Below the pieces are notes generated by a model. That model was not told the DNA's origin. It ran no database searches and was given only the letters and a program-made list of their open reading frames with translations. DNA of 24,841 nucleotides from Dehalococcoidia bacterium (GTDB lineage: Bacteria; Chloroflexota; Dehalococcoidia; SM23-28-2; RBG-16-64-32): positions 1 to 24,841 of the forward strand of contig DASSZB010000227.1 of the NCBI GenBank assembly GCA_035702935.1, given 5' to 3'. The translations under genes were made by a program, and so were the position numbers. The first letter of the stretch is position 1. Every line of letters starts with the position of its first letter. Below are positions 1-7,024 of the stretch, one piece after another.

Positions 1-57
1 CTACATTGGCGTGAGGGACTGGCAGCACGCTGCTACACGGGTCATGATGTCAGCAGC

Positions 58-1101
58 ATGACGCCCGAAGAACTTTCCGAGCGGCTGGCCGCGTTCTTGA
101 AGCGGCACCATGGCGCGCGGTCTGTCGAGATACGCGAGCTGCGGCTGCTGACGGGAGGCGCCTCCCGGCAGACGTGGTCCTTTGACGCGGCTATCGAGCA
201 CGCGGACGGGCGGGCGGAGACGCAGCCGCTGGTCCTGCGCTCGGATGCGCGCCAGGGTCCCAACTTCATGTCCCGCGAGCTGGAGTTCCGCCTGCTGGAA
301 GCCGCGCACGAAGCCGGCGTACCGGTCCCGGAGGTGCACGCCATGGGGGACGACTCGCTGGGCGCGCCGGGGTTCCTCATGGCCCGCGTCGAGGGCGAGA
401 CGATCCCCCGCAAGCTCCTCCGCGACGACGAGTACGCCAACACGCGGCAGGTCATGACCGCGCAGCTGGGCGCCATCCTCGCGGCCATCCACCGGATCCC
501 GCCGGATGCTCCCGGACTCGAGCGCCTGACGCGTCCACCCGAGGGCAAATCGCCGGCTGAGGCGGAGCTGGACCGGTTCGAGGCGACGTACCGGGCGATC
601 ACGCCGGAGCCGCATCCCGCTTTCGAGCTGGCGATCCGCTGGCTCAGACGCAATCTGCCGCCTCCGGCGGAGCCCACGCTCGTGCACGGCGACTACCGCA
701 TCGGGAACGTCATGTTCGGGCCGGAGGGCGCGCGGTCGATCCTGGACTGGGAGCTGGCGCACGTGGGTGATCCGATCGAGGACTTCGGGTTCTTCTGCGT
801 GCGCTCGTGGCGCTTCGGCAACGACGCACTTCCGGCGGGTGGCATCGGCACGCGCGAGGAGATGTGGGCGGCGTACGAGAAGGCCGGGGGACGCAAAGTG
901 GATCCGGACGCCGCCCGCTGGTGGGAGGTTTTCGGCAACCTGCGCTGGGGCGTGATCTGCCTCTCCCAGGCCGGCACGTTTTTGAACGAGAGCGTGCGCA
1001 AAGTCCTGCCACCCGGCTCCGCCCTCGAACTCGCCGCCATCGGCCGCCGTACCGCCGAGACGGAATGGGAGCTGTTGCAGCTGATTCAGCGGGCGGGCTA
1101 A
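58..1101 (+). CDS. Phosphotransferase family protein (APH/choline-kinase-like, ACAD10/11 N-terminal-kinase type)
   Basis: GGASR glycine loop, HGDYRIGN catalytic (Brenner) motif, ILDWE metal-binding motif, GDPIED; 347 aa. Confidence 0.9.
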   Translation: MTPEELSERLAAFLKRHHGARSVEIRELRLLTGGASRQTWSFDAAIEHADGRAETQPLVLRSDARQGPNFMSRELEFRLLEAAHEAGVPVPEVHAMGDDSLGAPGFLMARVEGETIPRKLLRDDEYANTRQVMTAQLGAILAAIHRIPPDAPGLERLTRPPEGKSPAEAELDRFEATYRAITPEPHPAFELAIRWLRRNLPPPAEPTLVHGDYRIGNVMFGPEGARSILDWELAHVGDPIEDFGFFCVRSWRFGNDALPAGGIGTREEMWAAYEKAGGRKVDPDAARWWEVFGNLRWGVICLSQAGTFLNESVRKVLPPGSALELAAIGRRTAETEWELLQLIQRAG

Positions 1102-1133
1102 GTCACGCCGCGTCCTGCGGTGCGCAGCACGTG

Positions 1134-1532
1134 CTACTTCAAGAGCTTGCCGACCGTGCCCACCAGCTTCTGAAGCTGCGCTGAATCCGGCACCGCGCCG
1201 TCAGGCGTGAGCTTGTCGACAAAATCAGGCAGAAGCCCAGCCAGACCGTCTGCCGCTTCATCTGTGGACACTCCGGCGCGGCTGGCTATCTGCTGCACCT
1301 GGTCCTCACCCAGCGCGTTCTTGACTTCGGCAGCGCTCACAGGCTTATTGACGTCTTTGGCGACCCACGATTTGGTCTGTTCCGTGAGCCCGCTGGCCTC
1401 AAACTTGCCCAGCAGGCCCTGGAGGCCACCGATCGGGCTACCCTCGCCCATCAGGCCGGAGAGTTGTTCGATGAGCTTCTTCTTGCTGCTCTTCCCAAGC
1501 AATCCGCTAAGCAGGTCGGTGATACCAGCCAT
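1134..1532 (-). CDS. YidB/DUF937 family protein
   Basis: GGLQGLLGKF..GL....SWV....N.PVS and LAGLLPDFVDKLTPDG.VP match the YidB pattern; SD AGGAGG upstream. Confidence 0.85.
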   Translation of the reverse strand: MAGITDLLSGLLGKSSKKKLIEQLSGLMGEGSPIGGLQGLLGKFEASGLTEQTKSWVAKDVNKPVSAAEVKNALGEDQVQQIASRAGVSTDEAADGLAGLLPDFVDKLTPDGAVPDSAQLQKLVGTVGKLLK

Positions 1533-1571
1533 GGCTTCCTCCTGTCATCGCATGGGCCATTCGGCGGCCCC

Positions 1572-1579
1572 AGTATAAT
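1572..1579. promoter_or_regulatory. Overlapping divergent -10 elements (TATAAT on +, TATACT on -)
   Basis: + strand TATAAT at 1574-1579, 6 nt before GTG 1586. The - strand TATACT corresponds to + agtata at 1572-1577. This is an AT-rich spot in a GC-rich divergent intergenic region. Confidence 0.6.
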
Positions 1580-1585
1580 ACAGCG

Positions 1586-1987
1586 GTGCAAGACCGCCCC
1601 ACGTACGACGAACTCCTTTCCGCCATAGAGACTTTCCTGGACAAGGAGATCGTTCCGAACGTCCCTGGCTCACGGGGATTCCATGCGCGGGTTGCGGCCA
1701 ACGCCCTGCGCATCGTGCGCCGCGAGCTGGAACACCGCGAAGGCCAGCTAGTCACTGAATGGCAGGGCCTCGACGAGCTTCTCGGCCGGGAAGAGCGGCC
1801 GCCGACGCTGGAGGCGCTGGTGAAGGCCCTGCACGACCGCAACAAGCGGCTCGCCGAGCGCATCCGGGGCGGCGAGGCCGATGAGGGAGGCTTCGCCGAG
1901 CGCGTGCGCGAACACGTGACGCGGACGGTGGCCGAAAAGTTGCGGGTGAGCGACCCCGGCCTGCTTGAGCGCAGCGAGACGCCCTGA
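1586..1987 (+). CDS. DUF6285-like helical protein (family usually associated with APH-family phosphotransferases)
   Basis: MQDRPTYDELL.AIE.FL..EIVP......FHARVAANALRIVRREL pattern recalled for DUF6285; 133 aa; GTG start. Confidence 0.7.
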   Translation: MQDRPTYDELLSAIETFLDKEIVPNVPGSRGFHARVAANALRIVRRELEHREGQLVTEWQGLDELLGREERPPTLEALVKALHDRNKRLAERIRGGEADEGGFAERVREHVTRTVAEKLRVSDPGLLERSETP

Positions 1988-2065
1988 TCTCGAGCGGGTC
2001 TCCGCACGTTGACCGAGCACTCGGGGTGCCGGAAGATGTGCTGCGGGTATCAAAGGAGGTACTTA

Positions 2066-2761
2066 GTGACTGACCACGCAACCCAACCCCGTGCCTGGTG
2101 GCTCCTGGCGCTCCTGGCGCTCACTACCGCCCTCTTCCTCGTGGTGGCCTCGGCCTGCGGCGGAGACGACGACGATGACGATGGCGGGGACACCGGTCCC
2201 ACGGCCACCAGTGGAGACGACGGCGGGGACGACGGTGGCGATGACGGCGACTTTGAATCGCTGAGCGGTGACTACCAAAAGTTCGAGGGCTACGTGAAGT
2301 ATGAGGCCCAGGACTTCTCCGCGGACGACACCCTCCAGTCCATGGCGATCTACCAGCAAGGTGACAACTCCCGCGTGGACATCAGTTCTTCTGAGGGGCT
2401 GGTCACCATCATCGACACGCCGGATGCCAGCTACGTGTGTTCCGAGAATCAATGCCTGAAGTACCCGGCGGGCAACACGGGGGGCGTGGGGGACCTCTTC
2501 ACGTCGTTCATCGATCCTTCAACCATCGAGGCCCAGTTTGGCAACAGTGAGTACGATGAGAGCGAGGAAGAGATAGCGGGGATTAACGCCAAGTGCTTCA
2601 GCGCTGAGAACGGCGAGGTCTGCTTCGGAGACGGAGGCCTTCTCCTGCGGACCAGCTCCGGCGAGGGCACCCTGGAAGCCACCGAGGCGGACACCGACAT
2701 CCCCGACGACACCTTCAAGCCGCCGTTTGACGTCATCGACCTGGGGGACTTCGGCCAGTAG
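2066..2761 (+). CDS. Acidic lipoprotein, possible LolA/LppX-like fold
   Basis: Start moved to GTG 2066 because AAGGAGG lies just upstream. Hydrophobic signal then lipobox VASA-C, Asp/Gly-rich linker, two Cys pairs, C-terminal F-K-P-P motif. Confidence 0.75.
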   Translation: MTDHATQPRAWWLLALLALTTALFLVVASACGGDDDDDDGGDTGPTATSGDDGGDDGGDDGDFESLSGDYQKFEGYVKYEAQDFSADDTLQSMAIYQQGDNSRVDISSSEGLVTIIDTPDASYVCSENQCLKYPAGNTGGVGDLFTSFIDPSTIEAQFGNSEYDESEEEIAGINAKCFSAENGEVCFGDGGLLLRTSSGEGTLEATEADTDIPDDTFKPPFDVIDLGDFGQ

Positions 2762-2790
2762 ACGGGAAACAGGGAACGTCGGCCGATTTC

Positions 2791-2820
2791 TTGCCCGCCC
2801 TGCCGCGAAATCGGTAATAT
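2791..2820 (+). promoter_or_regulatory. Putative sigma70-type promoter of the tRNA-Leu/Cys pair
   Basis: TTGCCC (2791-2796), 18-nt spacer, TAATAT (2815-2820), 11 nt before the tRNA. Confidence 0.5.
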
Positions 2821-2831
2821 TAAGTTCTGCG

Positions 2832-2918
2832 GCCGAGGTGGTGGAATCGGTAGACACGCCGTCTTGAGGGGGCGGTGCCCGTAAGGGCGTAGGGGTTCAA
2901 ATCCCCTCCTCGGCACCA
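2832..2918 (+). tRNA. tRNA-Leu (anticodon GAG)
   Basis: Acceptor stem GCCGAGG/CCTCGGC plus ACCA, anticodon arm CCGTC-TTGAGGG-GGCGG, long variable arm, GTTCAAATC T-loop. Confidence 0.97.
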
Positions 2919-2927
2919 AAGAACTGC

Positions 2928-3002
2928 GGCGACGTAGCCAAGTGGTTAAGGCAGGGGTCTGCAAAACCCTGATCGCGGGTTTGAATCCCGCCGTCGCCTC
3001 CA
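2928..3002 (+). tRNA. tRNA-Cys (anticodon GCA)
   Basis: Acceptor stem GGCGACG/CGTCGCC plus TCCA, anticodon loop CTGCAAA, T-loop; 9 nt after tRNA-Leu. Confidence 0.97.
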
Positions 3003-3014
3003 ACCTGAACGTTA

Positions 3015-3042
3015 CGAGCCGGCTCCCGTGGGGGCCGGCTCG
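3015..3042. terminator. GC-rich hairpin, probable (bidirectional) terminator
   Basis: cgagccggctcc...ggggccggctcg stem between the convergent tRNA pair and the 3070-4758 gene; only a weak T-rich tail. Confidence 0.6.
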
Positions 3043-3069
3043 CTGCTATGTGTTTCCTCTGCCGCGAGA

Positions 3070-4758
3070 TCAGGGAGTCGGCGCGGGTGTGGCCTGGGTT
3101 ATGGTGATGCCAATAGGCGGACATCCCGGCGGCAGGTTGGGATCGAGGCCAGCCACGAAGCGGAGAATCCGTAGCGCATCCACGGCATCGGCGTCACCAT
3201 CGCAGTCGATATCACCCTGAAGCGGGGGGCCGCCGGTGAGGACGTCATCGCACGGCTCGTACTGTATGACCGGGAAACCCGCGACGTACCGCAAGACCTG
3301 GAGGGCGTCCACCGCGTCCACGGGTGTAGCGCCGCCGCTACAGTTCACATCGCCCCGCACGGTCACGATCCAGACAGGGGTGGGCGTTGGCGACGGCGTG
3401 GGTGAGGCCGACGGCGCGGGCGTATCCGTTGGAGTGGGTGAAGGTGTGGGCGCTGCCGCAACCTGGTGAGCGAATGTATCAGTGGCCCTGTTCGTGTCGC
3501 CCGGGACGAGATTCCTCGCCCACGAGTGGAATGCTACAACGCCGCCGTCGCTGCTGATGCTGGGATGGTCACTGGCGCGGTCGCCCTGCACGCCGGTGCT
3601 GTCCACACTGGCGAGGCTGGTCACCCCCGCGATACGGTCCCGTACAAAGACGTCGACCGCGCCGTTGGTGTCCCCTGAGACGAGGTTGGACGCCGCGGAC
3701 CGGAAGACGACAAGGCTCCCGTCATGGTTTATGTCCGGGTATCCGCTGATCCCATCGCCGGACACGCCGCCGCTGGCGCTGACGAGCTCGGTGGCGCCGG
3801 TCGAAAGATCGTTGACGAAGACATCGCCGGTGGTGTTGGTGTCGCCTGCGACCAGGTTCGAAGCGTGAGAGCGGAAAGTGACGAACCGGCCGTCGCCGCT
3901 GATTGCGGCGTCGTTGCTGCGACCGTCCGCTTCCGCCCCGGCGCTGCTAACGCTGGCCCGAACGGTCGTCCCCGCGAGCGTGTCCCGGACGAAGACGTCG
4001 TCCTTGTGGTTGGTGTCACCGGCGACCAGGTTGGAGGCGCTGGACCAGAAGACGACAAAACGGCCATCACTGCTGATGCCGGGGGCATAATTGTTGCGAT
4101 TCGACTGACTACCGTCATTCGCCAGGCTGACTCTCGTGGTCGTGCCCGCCAGCCGGTCCCTCACAAATACGTCATCAGCCTTGTTTGTGTCGCCGGGGAC
4201 GAGATTGTCCGATGCCGACCGGAAGGCCACAAACCGTCCGTCCGCCGATAGGGATGACTCGTAGCTGGGGTTATTGCCCTGGTTGCCCGCGCCGTCCACG
4301 CTGACCAGAGCCGTGGTACCCGCCACCCGGTCACGCACGAAGACGTCCGTCACACCGTTGGCGTCACCGGCGACGAGGTTGGAGGCGGAGGAGGCGAAGG
4401 CAACGTACCGTCCGTCGGCGCTGATGGCGGGCACATAGCTCGTCCCATCGCCGGCGCCGCCGGTGACGCTGACGCTGACCCACTCGGTGACGCCGGACAG
4501 CCTGTCGCGCACGAATATATCGGTTGCGAGATTGGTGTCTCCCGGGGCCAGGTTGGTGGCGTCGGAACTGAAGGCGACGTAGCGGCCGTCGCCGCTGACC
4601 GAAGGGTAGCCGCTCAGCCCGTCGCCCTGCTGCCCGGAAGTGGTTACACTTACTCGTTCGGTGAGACCCGTGGAAGCGTTGCCGGATGGGCCATTGAGTG
4701 CCATCGCGGCTATCAGCACAACCAGCGCAGCCCCCGCGGCGAGAAACCGCGTTGGCAT
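3070..4758 (-). CDS. Secreted TolB/PD40-like 7-bladed beta-propeller protein with Pro/Thr linker and C-terminal dockerin type I-like domain
   Basis: N-terminal signal peptide; seven ~58-aa repeats (S.DGR.V.F.S.A.NLV.GDTN...DVFVRD); PTPT linker; two GD[VI][ND]C...DA.DAL..LR.VAG EF-hand-like repeats; SD AAGGAG. Confidence 0.88.
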   Translation of the reverse strand: MPTRFLAAGAALVVLIAAMALNGPSGNASTGLTERVSVTTSGQQGDGLSGYPSVSGDGRYVAFSSDATNLAPGDTNLATDIFVRDRLSGVTEWVSVSVTGGAGDGTSYVPAISADGRYVAFASSASNLVAGDANGVTDVFVRDRVAGTTALVSVDGAGNQGNNPSYESSLSADGRFVAFRSASDNLVPGDTNKADDVFVRDRLAGTTTRVSLANDGSQSNRNNYAPGISSDGRFVVFWSSASNLVAGDTNHKDDVFVRDTLAGTTVRASVSSAGAEADGRSNDAAISGDGRFVTFRSHASNLVAGDTNTTGDVFVNDLSTGATELVSASGGVSGDGISGYPDINHDGSLVVFRSAASNLVSGDTNGAVDVFVRDRIAGVTSLASVDSTGVQGDRASDHPSISSDGGVVAFHSWARNLVPGDTNRATDTFAHQVAAAPTPSPTPTDTPAPSASPTPSPTPTPVWIVTVRGDVNCSGGATPVDAVDALQVLRYVAGFPVIQYEPCDDVLTGGPPLQGDIDCDGDADAVDALRILRFVAGLDPNLPPGCPPIGITITQATPAPTP

Positions 4759-4804
4759 CGCTATTTGCTCCTTGCTCGCCCTGACAGAAGAGCGTTCGCC
4801 TTAT

Positions 4805-4833
4805 TAGACGAGGAATGGCGGGCAATCGTTTCA
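4805..4833 (-). promoter_or_regulatory. ECF-sigma-type promoter TGAAAC-N17-CGTCTA
   Basis: The - strand reads TGAAAC (+4828-4833), 17 nt, CGTCTA (+4805-4810), about 45 nt upstream of the propeller gene start. Confidence 0.55.
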
Positions 4834-4917
4834 GGCGTGGCGGGCGCGGCCCCCAACTGCCCGCCAATTCCCGCCCGTGCCGGAGACAGTGCTGGGGCGG
4901 CGCGCTAAGATGGCACA

Positions 4918-5505
4918 ATGATCGACCGGCGCACACGGGCCGTCCTGGACCGCCTGGAAGCCCGCGACTCGCAGGAGCGGCGGAGCGGCGCGCCCAGAGA
5001 AAACCGCCTGCGGCAGGTGACGCCGGACGTGGGCCGCTTTCTGCACAACCTCGTCCTCGCTTCCCGTCCTCGTTCGCTCATCGAGATCGGCACGTCGGGT
5101 GGGTACTCCACGGCCTGGATCGCCTCCGCTGCGCGCGCTGCCGGCGGCTTGCTGACGACGCTCGAGATCGACCCCGCGAAGGTGGCCCTTGCCCGCGAAT
5201 CGCTCAGGGATGCGGGCCTGGATGGCACGGCGACGATCGTGGAGGGTGATGCTTTCGATTACCTGCGGCGGCGCAATGAGCCTGCTGACTTTGTTTTCCT
5301 CGACGCCGAGAAGGAGGACTACCTGGCCTTCCTCGGCCTCATCATCCCCCTGCTGGTCCCGGGCGGCATTCTCATTGCGGATAACCTGATCTCGCACGAG
5401 GCGGAGCTCCGCGATTTTCGCGAAACCGCCCTCTCAGAATCTCGCCTTTCCGCCGTGGTCGTCCCGATCGGGCGGGGCGAGCTGTTCGCGGTCCGCCTGC
5501 CGTAG
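4918..5505 (+). CDS. SAM-dependent O-methyltransferase (catechol/caffeoyl-CoA OMT-like)
   Basis: LIEIGTSGGYST motif I, VEGDA, DFVFLDAEK, IADNL metal-binding motif; TAAGAT 6 nt before ATG with no SD. Confidence 0.9.
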   Translation: MIDRRTRAVLDRLEARDSQERRSGAPRENRLRQVTPDVGRFLHNLVLASRPRSLIEIGTSGGYSTAWIASAARAAGGLLTTLEIDPAKVALARESLRDAGLDGTATIVEGDAFDYLRRRNEPADFVFLDAEKEDYLAFLGLIIPLLVPGGILIADNLISHEAELRDFRETALSESRLSAVVVPIGRGELFAVRLP

Positions 5506-5538
5506 CCGGAGGAAATCTGGGTAATCGCGTCAACCGGA

Positions 5539-5567
5539 TGTAAACGGGGCGGCATTTTCTGCGTCTA
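5539..5567 (+). promoter_or_regulatory. ECF-sigma-type promoter TGTAAAC-N16-CGTCTA
   Basis: AAC ends at 5545, 16-nt spacer, CGTCTA at 5562-5567, followed by SD GGAGG and ATG 5589. Confidence 0.55.
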
Positions 5568-5588
5568 TACCAGCGGAGGAATCTACCA

Positions 5589-6110
5589 ATGACTACTCGC
5601 ACACTGGACACGCGCGCCAGCTCCTGGTCGTCGCGGATAATCGGCTTTCTCGTGGCCACCGTCTCGGTACTGGGGCTGGTAGCGGTAATCGGGGTGGTGG
5701 CAGCCCTGGCCGGCACCGGCGCCTACTACGAGATGAACCGGACGAAGTCCGGCGAGCTGGACGAGATGATTAAGACTGAGCTGCCCATCGGGGTCGCAGG
5801 CACACACGTTCTTAGCGTGCTCGATGCCGAGGGCATTCAGCACGGACCCATCGAGGCGTCGCGCGCCGACGACCTGCAGCTGCTGGAGGCGGGGATCCCG
5901 GCGGGAACGACGATGATCAGCGCGGTGGCGGTGAACAAAGGGCACAGCGTGAGCTTTGGGGGCGCCAGCATGAACCTGGTCCTTGACCAGGTGAACGTCG
6001 AGATGCGCTTCGTGCTCGACGATGCGGGAAACCTGAAGGATTACCTGATCTACGAGGAGCACACCTACCCGCGGTGGGTGAGCTTCAACTCCGACGCCTC
6101 TAAGAACTAG
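5589..6110 (+). CDS. Hypothetical membrane-anchored/exported protein
   Basis: SD GGAGG; one N-terminal hydrophobic helix (IIGFLVATVSVLGLVAVIGVVAALA); host-like codon bias; no family recognised. Confidence 0.75.
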   Translation: MTTRTLDTRASSWSSRIIGFLVATVSVLGLVAVIGVVAALAGTGAYYEMNRTKSGELDEMIKTELPIGVAGTHVLSVLDAEGIQHGPIEASRADDLQLLEAGIPAGTTMISAVAVNKGHSVSFGGASMNLVLDQVNVEMRFVLDDAGNLKDYLIYEEHTYPRWVSFNSDASKN

Positions 6111-6168
6111 CTTAACCCGCGCCGGCACGTCCCTGTCCTCCGGTTAATGTTCCGTAAATAGCGGTACG

Positions 6169-6202
6169 GCGGCCGTGTTCCCTTCTTGTGGAACACGGCC
6201 GC
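6169..6202. repeat. Perfect 13-bp inverted repeat
   Basis: gcggccgtgttcc (6169-6181), 8-nt loop, ggaacacggccgc (6190-6202). Confidence 0.9.
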
Positions 6203-6246
6203 TTCCGGTAACCTGTCCAGCACACTAGCGGGAGGGCTGGGCAGAA

Positions 6247-7017
6247 ATGAAGACTAAGAGCCGGGCTATTGCGGCCGTTGTCGCGGCGGCCGCTTTACTA
6301 ACCCTATTGGTACTCCCATCGGTGGCCGGAGCCAGCCACTCATGGGGCAACTACCACTGGGCGCGCACGAGCAACCCTTTTACGCTGAAACTGGGCAACA
6401 ACACCTCCGGCACGTGGACCGGCCACCTGGCCACCGTCTCGTCCGATTGGAGCCAGTCGGCGGTGCTGGACACGACGGTCGTCGCCGGCGGGACGAGGGC
6501 CAAGAACTGCCGGCCCACCAGCGGCCGCGTGGAAGTCTGCAATGCCGGCTACGGCAACAACGGCTGGCTGGGCGTCGCCCAGATCTGGATCTCGGGCGGA
6601 CACATCACGCAGGGCACAGTGAAGAACAACGATTACTACTTCGGCGACTCGACCTACCGCTACAACAACGAGGCCGAGAAATTGCACGTCATTTGCCAGG
6701 AGGTGGGCCACACCCTGGGTCTGGACCACCAGAGCGAGGACGGGTCGTCACTCAACACGTGCATGGACTACTACCACAACACGAACGCCAGTGACACTTT
6801 GAGCACGCACCCAAATCAGCATGACTACGATCAACTAGCGACGATCTACAGCCACCTGGATAGCAAGACGACAGTCGCCGCCTCCGCCGTATCGGCCAAT
6901 TCGCGGAGCGAGTGGGGCAAGCTGGTCAGTTCCTCCCGCGACGGGCGGTCCTCGACGTATGAGCGCGAGTTTCGCGGGGGCGTCAGGATCGTCACGCTGG
7001 TGATCTGGGCGCGCTAG
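6247..7017 (+). CDS. Secreted metzincin/matrixin-like zinc protease homologue (QExxHxxGxxH variant)
   Basis: Signal peptide ending in AGA; CQEVGHTLGLDH motif; Met-turn CMDY; extra Cys pair. Confidence 0.82.
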   Translation: MKTKSRAIAAVVAAAALLTLLVLPSVAGASHSWGNYHWARTSNPFTLKLGNNTSGTWTGHLATVSSDWSQSAVLDTTVVAGGTRAKNCRPTSGRVEVCNAGYGNNGWLGVAQIWISGGHITQGTVKNNDYYFGDSTYRYNNEAEKLHVICQEVGHTLGLDHQSEDGSSLNTCMDYYHNTNASDTLSTHPNQHDYDQLATIYSHLDSKTTVAASAVSANSRSEWGKLVSSSRDGRSSTYEREFRGGVRIVTLVIWAR

Positions 7018-7024
7018 CCCGCGC

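Noticed and set aside
1-762. Long antisense and alternate-frame ORFs (e.g. 1-762, 9574-10413, 14412-15443, 16965-17849, 18025-18975, 23437-24255)
   Set aside because: They lie on or opposite well-supported genes, show no motifs and are expected in high-GC DNA where stop codons are scarce.
3460-4680. Periodic DNA repeats (~174 nt) as a CRISPR or tandem array
   Set aside because: They are the degenerate coding repeats of the propeller blades, with no identical repeat/unique spacer structure.
5507-5584. Near-direct repeat cggaggaa(a)tct flanking the OMT-5589 intergenic region
   Set aside because: It is short and imperfect, and the second copy is explained as the SD. Too weak to call a target-site duplication.
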